Shown here: piece by piece, positions 44,869 to 54,567 of the stretch | Layout of the letters: every line of letters begins with the position of its first letter | Position numbering within the stretch: the first letter of the stretch is position 1 | Source of the DNA: an uncultured Nitrospinota bacterium | Lineage (GTDB): Bacteria; Tectomicrobia; Entotheonellia; J063; CAVPRW01 | DNA length: 64,000 nt | Assembly (NCBI GenBank): GCA_963707985.1 | Contig: CAVPRW010000018.1 | Coordinates: forward strand, 96,001 to 160,000 | Reading direction: 5' to 3' | Notes under the pieces: model-generated | What the model was told of the DNA's origin: nothing | The model's input: the letters and a program-made list of their open reading frames with translations, nothing else | Databases searched by the model: none | Program-made: the position numbers and the translations under genes

Positions 44869-46983
44869 ATGCCTTACGTCAACTTTGGCACAAAGGACGA
44901 ACCAGGATTCGAACTGATCGAAAGCTCCGAACTGATCGCTGTCCGTACCCGAAGCCGCCGGCCGGTCCGAGGCGTCGGCCCAGTGGCTCGACCGACTACC
45001 GCCGAGGTGGTCGACGGCACTCTTGTGGCGACCTTCCCTGATGCCGGGGTTGAAGTGTATCGGGTGCCAGCCACCGCTCGGTCTTTAGACGATCGGAAGC
45101 AAGCCCTTCGAGGAGCTCCGGACGTGCAGTTCGCCGGGTCCGTGCTCGTCCACCCGGATACTGACGAGCCAGTCCTGTACACGGAGAACATCTACATCCG
45201 ATTTCGGGAAGATCTGGACGCCGACGACTGCGAGGCGATTATCCGTGGCGCCGGATTGACGGTCAAGCAGCGGCTCGACTTCGCCACCAATGCCTACTTC
45301 GCCGCGGCCCCCGAGGGCACCGGCCAACGGGTTTTCGATATCGCCCTTGAATTGTTGAACCGTGCCGACGTGGTGTACTGCCATCCGGAATTAATCCAGG
45401 AGCGGCGGCGGAAGCAGGTTTTCCCGCAGCAATGGCACCTGAAGGCAACCACAGTGAATAACGTAGCGGTCAATGCGCACGTCAACGTCGAAGCCGCCCA
45501 CGCCATCACGCGTGGCGCCGGGGTAACGATCGCGGTCATCGACGACGGGATGGACATCGACCACCCCGAGTTCGGCGGGGCCGGAAAGGTCGTCGCACCG
45601 CGAGATGCCACCCTACGGACGAGTGACCCTCGGCCGAAAGACACCGTGCCGAGCCAAGACGGTGACAACCACGGTACCGCCTGTGCCGGGGTCGCTTGCG
45701 CCAACGGCGTCGAGGGCGCGTCCGGGGTGGCTCCGCTGGCCAGGCTGATGCCGATCCGTCTGGCGTCAGGCCTCGGGTCGATCCAAGAAGCCGAGGCGTT
45801 CCGCTGGGCCGCGGACAATGGGGCCGATGTAATCTCATGCAGCTGGGGACCGGCGGATGGTCAATGGTGGAATCTCAACGATCCTCGGCACACACGCTTT
45901 GTGGCCCTACCGGCGAGCACCAGAGACGCCATCGACTATGTCGTCACCAATGGCCGCGGCGGTAAGGGGTGCGTGGTCCTGTTTGCCGCCGGGAATGGCA
46001 ACGAGTCGGTGGATAACGATGGGTATGCCAGCTACGACAAGGTCGTCGCCGTGGCTGCGTGCAACGACCAGTCGAAGCGGAGTGTCTACAGCGATTTCGG
46101 GAAGGCCATTTGCTGTGCCTTTCCAAGCAGCGACTTCGGACATGCCCCGTTCAATCACCCGGAGGCACTGACCCCTGGGATATGGACCACCGACCGGGTC
46201 GGGAACTTCGGCTATAACTCGGGCGACATGCGCTTCGGCGACCTGGCTGGAAACTTCACCAACGATTTCGGTGGCACTTCAAGCGCCTGTCCAGGGGCGG
46301 CAGGAGTCTCGGCCCTAGTCCTGTCCGCTAACAGCGCCCTGCGATGGAACGAAGCAAAGGATATTCTGCGCCGAGCCTGCGACCGCATCGATCCACAGGG
46401 CGGGGAGTACGACGCTAGCGGGCACAGCAAGTTTTACGGGGGCGGCCGGCTGAACGCCGAGACGGCGGTGAAGCTGGCCAAAGGCGCGGTCTCCCAGGTG
46501 GTGATCGTCAACAAGGTATTGAACGTGCCCATCCCTGACCTCGGTAGCGTTGAGGGCACGGTCGACGCCACCGAGACCACGCCGGTCGACAAGGCCGCTG
46601 TGTACGTCCGGCTTGAGCATACGTACATCGGGGATCTGCTCATTACCATCATCCCCCCGGCCAGCAGTGGGTTGCCGAAGGTCGTGTTGCACAACCGGGC
46701 TGGTGGCAGCCGGGATAACCTCGAAATGCTGTACGATCCGTCGAACACTCCTGCGCTCGCTGCCTACTCCGGAAAGATGTGTAGCGGGACGTGGACGGTC
46801 CGGATCGAGGACAAGGCTGCCCAGGACTCCGGGATGCTTGTCCAGATCGGGCTGCAGCTGTTCCTGCCAGCCGCGGCTCCTGTGCAGGGCCCGACCGCAA
46901 CCCCTCGAATCTCTCGACCGGCTGGCGCCAAGGCGAACAGTCAGCCGAGGGGACGGGCAGTCAGGCCAAGAGTGCGGGGGTAG
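44869..46983 (+). CDS. S8 subtilase with C-terminal proprotein-convertase P domain
   Basis: VIDDG, HGTACAG, AAGN, GGTSSACP; HTYIGDL, GTWTVRIED. Confidence 0.92.
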   Translation: MPYVNFGTKDEPGFELIESSELIAVRTRSRRPVRGVGPVARPTTAEVVDGTLVATFPDAGVEVYRVPATARSLDDRKQALRGAPDVQFAGSVLVHPDTDEPVLYTENIYIRFREDLDADDCEAIIRGAGLTVKQRLDFATNAYFAAAPEGTGQRVFDIALELLNRADVVYCHPELIQERRRKQVFPQQWHLKATTVNNVAVNAHVNVEAAHAITRGAGVTIAVIDDGMDIDHPEFGGAGKVVAPRDATLRTSDPRPKDTVPSQDGDNHGTACAGVACANGVEGASGVAPLARLMPIRLASGLGSIQEAEAFRWAADNGADVISCSWGPADGQWWNLNDPRHTRFVALPASTRDAIDYVVTNGRGGKGCVVLFAAGNGNESVDNDGYASYDKVVAVAACNDQSKRSVYSDFGKAICCAFPSSDFGHAPFNHPEALTPGIWTTDRVGNFGYNSGDMRFGDLAGNFTNDFGGTSSACPGAAGVSALVLSANSALRWNEAKDILRRACDRIDPQGGEYDASGHSKFYGGGRLNAETAVKLAKGAVSQVVIVNKVLNVPIPDLGSVEGTVDATETTPVDKAAVYVRLEHTYIGDLLITIIPPASSGLPKVVLHNRAGGSRDNLEMLYDPSNTPALAAYSGKMCSGTWTVRIEDKAAQDSGMLVQIGLQLFLPAAAPVQGPTATPRISRPAGAKANSQPRGRAVRPRVRG

Positions 46984-47017
46984 CCGCCGCCGCTGGGTTG
47001 TGTTGGGAGGTGTCTGA

Positions 47018-47418
47018 GCACCTGCTGCTGCCGGTGTCCCGTGAGCCGCCGGCAGCAGCAGGTGCTCTACCCCCTTCAATGGAAAAGATCGGGCAGGGGG
47101 GAGTCGGAGGCCGGAACTACAGTGCGACAGGTCACTGGTATCCGACAGAATGCTCCACGCCGTGACAGTACCTTCACCTGCGGGCTGCACCACTCACGGC
47201 CTCCTCAGTCGTCTCTGAGATCAATGGGCTGAATAGCCGTGGTAGGACGTTAGGTTGCTCGATTTTGCAGCGTAATGGGGACCGGCTTGATCTTTTAGCG
47301 CAAGGATAAAAGCATACAGCCTATTTTGGGAGGTTGGTGGGTTCTTTGGGTTCCCTGATAGGCTGCAGAATGCTGCAATGTCTACCGGCTGTATTCGGCA
47401 GTCTAATCGGCGTTCGGC
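47018..47418 (+). repeat. ~400-bp attI-like platform, copy 1
   Basis: Co-linear with 48425-48830; ends GTATTCGGCAGTCTAATCGGC-GTTCGGC. Confidence 0.65.
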
Positions 47419-47484
47419 CTTTTTAATGATGGCCCCTTGGGCAACATGAACATTAACCTGTCTTCAACAGAGGAGGAACTAAAC

Positions 47485-48339
47485 ATGTCATGCACAGCCA
47501 TTCAGACCGAGCTCACTGCGTTGCGCGCCCGTCGGCGTCAGCAGGCTGAGCTAATCGCGACCATGCCCCACAACGCCGGCTACGAGCTGGCCGTCGACAT
47601 GCTGGCTCAGATCGACGCCGATATCGCGTCGACCAAGGCAGAGCTGGATCTGTGCCTCGCCCGGGAGGCACAAGAGAAGGACCCCGTCCCGCAGAACATC
47701 CTCGGCACCGTCGAGAAGATCCAGTGTCACGCCGCCAGCAAGGAGGTGTTGAGAGGCGACGAGCCGTACCTGATCATCGCCTCGTTCGACATGACCAATT
47801 CCATCAACCTCGGCGTCGTCGGGGTGACACTGCCCAGCATCAACGTCGTCAAGGTCGGCCCATGGTCGGGTGTCGGACCCGGCGAGACGCACAACGCATC
47901 GGCGCTCACCGCGCAGAACCGCCCGGCATTCTGGAACCTCAGCGGGCAGGGCAGCCCGATCGCGAGTCCGCAGGATGTGATTTTCCTCGTCGCCTGCATG
48001 GAGAACGATGGTTCGAGCCCCGACACCATCCGCGGCGTGGTGAGAACCGAACTGCTCGCAGCTCGGATCAACAACACGAACCTCGCGTACTCGGGCTACG
48101 TCACCAACATGATCAGCAACATGACGGGCACGATCGAGACCAGCCGCCTCATCCCTGGAAAGCCCGCGCTCAACTTCGACGACCTGTTCGACGACGTGAA
48201 GCAGCTGACGCTGACCACCAACGATCTGGACGATCTCAACTCGCTCTGGCCCGTCACTAAGACGCTGCGGTTCACGGAGCGCAAGGCCAACGGCACGGCG
48301 AACAACGACTACACGGTGACCTTCTCGTTCACCGTATGA
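47485..48339 (+). CDS. hypothetical protein (coiled-coil N-terminus plus beta-rich domain)
   Basis: GAGGAGG RBS, 284 aa, strong codon bias. Confidence 0.8.
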   Translation: MSCTAIQTELTALRARRRQQAELIATMPHNAGYELAVDMLAQIDADIASTKAELDLCLAREAQEKDPVPQNILGTVEKIQCHAASKEVLRGDEPYLIIASFDMTNSINLGVVGVTLPSINVVKVGPWSGVGPGETHNASALTAQNRPAFWNLSGQGSPIASPQDVIFLVACMENDGSSPDTIRGVVRTELLAARINNTNLAYSGYVTNMISNMTGTIETSRLIPGKPALNFDDLFDDVKQLTLTTNDLDDLNSLWPVTKTLRFTERKANGTANNDYTVTFSFTV

Positions 48340-48424
48340 TCCCGGGTCCCGGCCATGCGTCGCGCCCGGGCAACTCAGCGTCCGGGGCTAGCTGCCTCAG
48401 TGCATTGTGACGGGAACTGTCCAC

Positions 48425-48830
48425 GCACCGCTGCTGCATCGGCGCCTGAGCCGCCGGCAGCACAGCAGCTTCCATACTTCCTTGATGGGAAAGGATCGGG
48501 CAGGGGTGCTCAGAGGATGGAACTAGGGCATGACTGGTCACTGGTATCGTACAGGATGATCCCTGTTATGACACCACCTTCCGCTGCAGGCTGAAGCACT
48601 GACGGCCTCTACGGTTGTCTCTGAGATCGGTGGGCTGCATTGTTGTGTTAGGACGATAGGCTGCACGATTTCGCAGCCTAATGGGAACCGTACTTGGCTT
48701 GATCGTATGGTGCAAGTATAAAAAAATGCAGCATATTTTAAGGGATTGGTGGGTTTTTTGGGTTCCGTAATATGCTGCAGCATACTGCAATGTTTGCCGG
48801 GTGTATTCGGCAGTCTAATAGTAGTTAGGC
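48425..48830 (+). repeat. ~400-bp attI-like platform, copy 2
   Basis: Ends GTATTCGGCAGTCTAATAGTA-GTTAGGC. Confidence 0.65.
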
Positions 48831-48847
48831 GGCGAAGGAGGAGAACA

Positions 48848-50332
48848 ATGGCTGAACCACCACGCACAACCGGCCGAGAGAATCTATACCGGGCCGACGG
48901 TTCGAGGCGGCCGAACGCGGAGGTACTCGCGGAGAGCGGCAACATTGGGCTACGCCTTGCCTTGCTCGACGACGCGATGCACCGCCGCGCGGCCTCGGCC
49001 GATCTGGACTCACAGTACCCGCCACGGCTGTTCCTCTCGTACAAGTGGGGAAGTAAGACAGAGAACGCATGGGTGGCACAGCTCGCGCAGCGCTTGACGA
49101 AGCATGGCTGGGACGTCGTCTTCGACCAGCTGCGTGACGAGACAGCTGATCGCTCGGTCGAGGAGTTCGTGTCACGGCTGGTGAGCTGCCGGGTGTTCGT
49201 TGCAGTGCTGTCGCCGGCCTTCATCACGTCCGCGATAGTGGCGAAGCTCGCGAGCTGGGCCTTCGACGAGATGCAGTGCGCCCTCATGGCGCGTTCCCGA
49301 ATGCGGCTGGTCGGCATCGTTCCCCCTACTGGGCTTGCCGGCGGCGCGGTCGAGTCAACGCCAGCGCCAATCAGGCTGCCGCCCAGACCGGACGAGCTCG
49401 CGATAGTCGTCGAGGGGATGATGACACCAGAGTTCGACGAAGTGCACGAGGTTCGTGACACCGACGGCCTCGAGCGCTTTCTGGACCGATCACTCACCTA
49501 CGACGGTCCTGGGCTCGACGACGCCGAGCGTGCGTGGGTCGCTGAACGGCTTGCGCGCGCGGGCGACGAGGCTCCGCTGCGGGAGATCCTCGACCGTCAT
49601 CCCTTTGTCAGCGGAGCGTGGCGGCGGCTCGTCGTGCTCCTGCGCGATCGCGGGGATGTTCAGGCTGCTCTCGAAGCGGCACAACAGGCGCTGGAGCACG
49701 TGCACGAGTCGAGGGAACGACTGCCTTTCGAGCACGAGCACATCGAGATCCTCAAGCGCTGCGGCGATCGCGTCGGCGCCGCCCAGGCAGCGACACGGCT
49801 GCTCGACGAGCGCCCTCACGACTGGGTCGCGCACTGGCACCTTGGCGACCTGCTCGACGATGCGAATGAGCAGTGGGCCGCGCGGAGCCATCTGCTGCTC
49901 GCCTGCCGTGGCACAGACTCGGATGCCGCACCTCACGATACGCTCGCGGTCGTCTACATGAACCTCAGCCTGCTCGCGCGCGCCGCCGAGGAGCTCGAAC
50001 GTGCGCTCGGCATCGACGCGGCGCTTGCGACCGCACGGCGGAACCTCGAGAAGGTCCGCGCCGCGCGGGCCGCGTCGAACGAGGACGACGTGACAGAGAT
50101 CAATGGCCCGCTGCCGGGTTGCTCAGATTGCGAGGCGATCTTCATGCCGCGCCATGGCCGTCCCTTCACTTGCGCGGCGTGTGGCGCCTCGAGACCGGCG
50201 AGGGTCGTGCCCTGCGATGTCTGCGGCGCCGAGGTCTCCCCGATCGCCGGCTTCGAAGGGAGTAGCGTTGCTGTGCGTTGCCCAATCTGTCGCACCGGGA
50301 CCATCACGTCGAAAGACCACGCGAGTCTATGA
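48848..50332 (+). CDS. TIR/SEFIR-like plus TPR plus multi-CxxC zinc-ribbon protein
   Basis: LFLSYKW, GWDVVFDQ, WAFDEM; TPR helices; CSDC, CAAC, CDVC, CPIC. Confidence 0.8.
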   Translation: MAEPPRTTGRENLYRADGSRRPNAEVLAESGNIGLRLALLDDAMHRRAASADLDSQYPPRLFLSYKWGSKTENAWVAQLAQRLTKHGWDVVFDQLRDETADRSVEEFVSRLVSCRVFVAVLSPAFITSAIVAKLASWAFDEMQCALMARSRMRLVGIVPPTGLAGGAVESTPAPIRLPPRPDELAIVVEGMMTPEFDEVHEVRDTDGLERFLDRSLTYDGPGLDDAERAWVAERLARAGDEAPLREILDRHPFVSGAWRRLVVLLRDRGDVQAALEAAQQALEHVHESRERLPFEHEHIEILKRCGDRVGAAQAATRLLDERPHDWVAHWHLGDLLDDANEQWAARSHLLLACRGTDSDAAPHDTLAVVYMNLSLLARAAEELERALGIDAALATARRNLEKVRAARAASNEDDVTEINGPLPGCSDCEAIFMPRHGRPFTCAACGASRPARVVPCDVCGAEVSPIAGFEGSSVAVRCPICRTGTITSKDHASL

Positions 50333-50479
50333 GCCTCATCTCCCTGCGATTAGCGCCTTCTTGGGACCGAGGCGCACATGCCCAGCCACCGAGTCCGAGG
50401 AACTCAATGAACTGCGTACGTGGGATAGAGACAAGCCTTGAACGAAGTGCCTAGCATGGGCGCGCGCCAGAGAGCGACC

Positions 50480-50513
50480 GCCCAACAAACGCCTGCAGCC
50501 GACGCCCTACAGC
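50480..50513 (+). repeat. left part of a family A attC-like site interrupted by IS110 (remainder 51693-51712)
   Basis: GCCCAAC-AAACGCCTGCAGCCGACGCCCTACAGC, then CCGCTCACCGGCAGCGTTCG after the IS. Confidence 0.7.
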
Positions 50514-50529
50514 CTTGTATCTTTACTAG

Positions 50530-51652
<1,123 letters not shown>

Positions 51653-51671
51653 AAAAATATACCAGGCACCC

Positions 51672-51692
51672 TTGACAACCAAGACAGTTGCT
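51672..51692 (+). promoter_or_regulatory. -35 half of the IS110 circle-junction promoter
   Basis: TTGACA 51672-77; joined through one CT to the left end gives TTGACA-17 nt-TATCTT (50518-23). Confidence 0.75.
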
Positions 51693-51732
51693 CCGCTCAC
51701 CGGCAGCGTTCGTGAGAGGACAGGGATGAGGT

Positions 51733-52494
51733 ATGGTTTTGGATACGCCTGAATACACGATTGTCACAGCACGAGCAGCCACCCAGTTCCGTGAACTGAG
51801 CGTCACGGTTCACACGACCAGCATCCCTGGCTTTCTCGACCAAGATAAGGCCGTTGCCCGGTACTGGTCCCACCTTGTCCAGATATTTCCGGATTACCAG
51901 TTCTGCCTTGTGGAGAAGGCTAGCGGCACTGCAGTGGCGCGGGGGCACAGCATCCCGGTGGACTTCGATGGCGAGTGGTCATTACTCCCTGACGAAGGGC
52001 TCGACTGGGCCCTGGAGAAGGGCTTCCAGGATTACGCGGACGGAAAGAGGCCAACGGTTTTCAGCGCTTTGTATATCGTGGTCTCTGATCAGTACCGGAG
52101 CAGGGGCCTGAGTGCCCGCGTGCTCGCGGCGATGAGGCAGATCGGTCGGGAGCGAGGGTTGACGCATTTGATCGCTCCTGTCAGGCCCTCGATAAAGAGT
52201 CGCTACCCGCTCATCGCCATAGGAGAGTACGGTCGGTGGCAGAATGCCGAGGGTTACCCATTCGACCCGTGGCTGCGCGTTCACGTGCGGGCCGGCGGTG
52301 CAATCTTGCATCCATGCATTCGGTCGATGGAAGTGAGGGGTTCTCTACGGCAATGGGGGGAGTGGACGGGCATGGCATTCCCCGGGGTGGGAAGCTACAT
52401 CGTAGACGGTGGCCTGGTTCCGGTGACAATTGATAATGGCTCCGAGGGGTTATATGTCGAGCCGGGTATCTGGGTGTTACATAGACTGCTCTGA
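51733..52494 (+). CDS. GNAT-fold acetyltransferase-like protein
   Basis: YRSRGLSARVL, LIAPVRP, DPWLRVHVRAG. Confidence 0.8.
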   Translation: MVLDTPEYTIVTARAATQFRELSVTVHTTSIPGFLDQDKAVARYWSHLVQIFPDYQFCLVEKASGTAVARGHSIPVDFDGEWSLLPDEGLDWALEKGFQDYADGKRPTVFSALYIVVSDQYRSRGLSARVLAAMRQIGRERGLTHLIAPVRPSIKSRYPLIAIGEYGRWQNAEGYPFDPWLRVHVRAGGAILHPCIRSMEVRGSLRQWGEWTGMAFPGVGSYIVDGGLVPVTIDNGSEGLYVEPGIWVLHRLL

Positions 52495-52501
52495 GAAGAC
52501 C

Positions 52502-52645
52502 CTCTAACGAAGGGTTGCAGCGAAGGGGGAGACGGCGTGGGTTCGGTACGCGGTGACTCAGTCTCCGCTCTGTGGCAGTGCCACCCCCACCGCCGAACCA
52601 GGCCCCGAACGAAGCGAGCGTCGTATTAGACTTCGTCGTTTAGAG
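52502..52645 (+). repeat. attC-like site, family B (degenerate)
   Basis: CTCTAAC just after the stop codon ... GTTTAGAG. Confidence 0.5.
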
Positions 52646-52658
52646 GAGGGTCATCCAG

Positions 52659-53351
52659 ATGTATGGTGTGTTGTCCTACGACCAGATGCACGACATTGTC
52701 AGACAGCGCTTCGAGGAGATAGCTTGGGCATATTGCTACTTCCCAAACTTGCGCGGCCCAGTGGTCAAACCTTCGTCGGTGCGTATGGTGGGCCTGCTGT
52801 TCGCGCGCCCGGAATCAAAGCTCGCTAAGGAAGAAATCATTCCCGGCCTTTACTATTTTCACATCCGTTCCGGGAACCACATCGATTTCTTCTGCGCCGG
52901 ATACGGGGCACAGGATCTGCGGGACGAAGACTTTACCTCGCAGGATAAAGTCGGTCAGGCGGGGTGGATGTTCAGTCCGCGCCGCTTCAACGAAATTCGC
53001 AAGAAGGTTGAGGCGCAATGCGGCTGGCGCTACAGCGGAGAATCGGACCTTATTCTTGCGAACGCTCAGTACTCACCGGGAGGCGGAGTCAAGATCGAAT
53101 TAGACCGATCCGTGAAGTGCTATTTAGACGCGTCCAAGAGAATCGGTGCGATTAACAGCGTTCACGAATTTTTTGAGTGCATCTTCAGGTACGCAGAGAA
53201 CGCTAAGGAGGATGATCCGACATGGGGGTTCAGCGATTCCATGGGTGTGGCAACAGGGTGGGAAGGACTGCTAAACGTGTTGTTGTCGCTTTTCCCCAAG
53301 AACATTGGGAGCGAACTCAAGAAGATTGGAGCTTTCCGGGTAAGCAGCTAA
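52659..53351 (+). CDS. hypothetical protein
   Basis: 230 aa, GAGGAGG RBS, flanked by attC-like sites. Confidence 0.75.
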   Translation: MYGVLSYDQMHDIVRQRFEEIAWAYCYFPNLRGPVVKPSSVRMVGLLFARPESKLAKEEIIPGLYYFHIRSGNHIDFFCAGYGAQDLRDEDFTSQDKVGQAGWMFSPRRFNEIRKKVEAQCGWRYSGESDLILANAQYSPGGGVKIELDRSVKCYLDASKRIGAINSVHEFFECIFRYAENAKEDDPTWGFSDSMGVATGWEGLLNVLLSLFPKNIGSELKKIGAFRVSS

Positions 53352-53398
53352 CTTATGCCTATAGAGGATGATGAAAACGTAATCTTAAAGATTGGGCG

Positions 53399-53508
53399 GC
53401 TTAACCACGCACTGCAGTGGCCGGGAGATCAGCGGTGCTGTGCAGCTCCGCGGCTCAGTCAAAGTGTGGGGGTAGTGCGGTCCCCGCGGCTGAGTTTTTG
53501 CGATAAGC
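53399..53508 (+). repeat. attC-like site, family B
   Basis: GCTTAAC-CACGCACTGCAGTGGCCGGG...CCCCGCGGCTGAG...GATAAGC. Confidence 0.65.
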
Positions 53509-53581
53509 CGGTGCTTCGCGCCAGCTTATCGAGGGCAAACTCTCAACGAGCTCTTTCGAGATTCGAGGAGGTTCACGTCAG

Positions 53582-54298
53582 ATGGATACTAGAGCGATCA
53601 ACCTGGATGCAATTCCCGTGATTGGTTCGAATAATTGGAAGAGGCCTGCAAGGCCTTATGTGCCAATGCTCGCGCAGGCATTTCAAGACGAAGGAATATT
53701 CAGTCCAATTGTTTATGCCTACGCCTGTGCATCTATAAGCCGTGAGTCTAGCTGGAATCCTAGGGCTGAAAATACCGATGATTCAGCTTCGCGGACGGGG
53801 TATCCAGGCAGAGGGTTGGCTCAGGTGACTTGGGATTACAATTACAGAGCCGTGAGCAATGAAACGGGCATTGATTTCCTCAACAATCCAGATCTCATGT
53901 TTGATCCTTACAAGTCTCTACGAGCTAAAGCGGCATTTTTCAAACTGAACAAGATGTTGCCACGTATCGAAGCAGGTGACTACGAGTCGGCTGCAGGAAT
54001 ATACAACGCGGGTAAGGCTAGTTTTCGCTCCTCATATACTAGGAACGTAGCGAATGACACGCCGCATTGGTTTCCCGTTTTTTCTGGCCTAGCGCCATCT
54101 GTGGACACTGGCGGGGCGGGCAGGACTGGCGGAGTGAGCAGCATTCCAAGTGCATACGTTATCAAGTCTGGAGATACCCTTTCAGCGATTGCCGCTCGCT
54201 TTGGGGTATCGTTGGCGGCTTTACTGTCTGTCAATCCTCAAATTACTAATCCTAACGCAATCATTGCTGGTGAATCTCTCAACATTCCCAGTCAGTGA
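53582..54298 (+). CDS. GH19/lysozyme-like domain plus LysM
   Basis: RES, YPGRGLAQVTWDYNY, NPDL; YVIKSGDTLSAIAARFGV...NPQI. Confidence 0.85.
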   Translation: MDTRAINLDAIPVIGSNNWKRPARPYVPMLAQAFQDEGIFSPIVYAYACASISRESSWNPRAENTDDSASRTGYPGRGLAQVTWDYNYRAVSNETGIDFLNNPDLMFDPYKSLRAKAAFFKLNKMLPRIEAGDYESAAGIYNAGKASFRSSYTRNVANDTPHWFPVFSGLAPSVDTGGAGRTGGVSSIPSAYVIKSGDTLSAIAARFGVSLAALLSVNPQITNPNAIIAGESLNIPSQ

Positions 54299-54360
54299 GC
54301 AGTCACTGCATTGCACTTGACAACGAAAGGACGGCTGCGAGGCTAAATGATAGCGGCAGC

Positions 54361-54449
54361 CCCTAACCAAGCAGTGGAGCCGATCCCCGATAGCTTCCGC
54401 TCCTCCGTCACTCCAGCTATCGGGCGCGGCTCACCGCTAACGATTCGGC
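54361..54449 (+). repeat. attC-like site, family A
   Basis: CCCTAAC...GAGCCGATCCCCGATAGCT...AGCTATCGGGCGCGGCTC...GATTCGGC. Confidence 0.7.
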
Positions 54450-54567
54450 ACCATAACCCACATGCGGCACAAGTGGCGATGATTGCGGTCTTTCCGAGGA
54501 CTTGCGTTTAAGAGTTTCCGTAGTCAGCACTCGCCATTGTTAATACCATTCCTGTGGAGGTGTCATC

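Noticed and set aside
46315..48541. Divergent integron integrase upstream of the attI-like sites
   Set aside because: Minus-strand ORFs lack tyrosine-recombinase motifs
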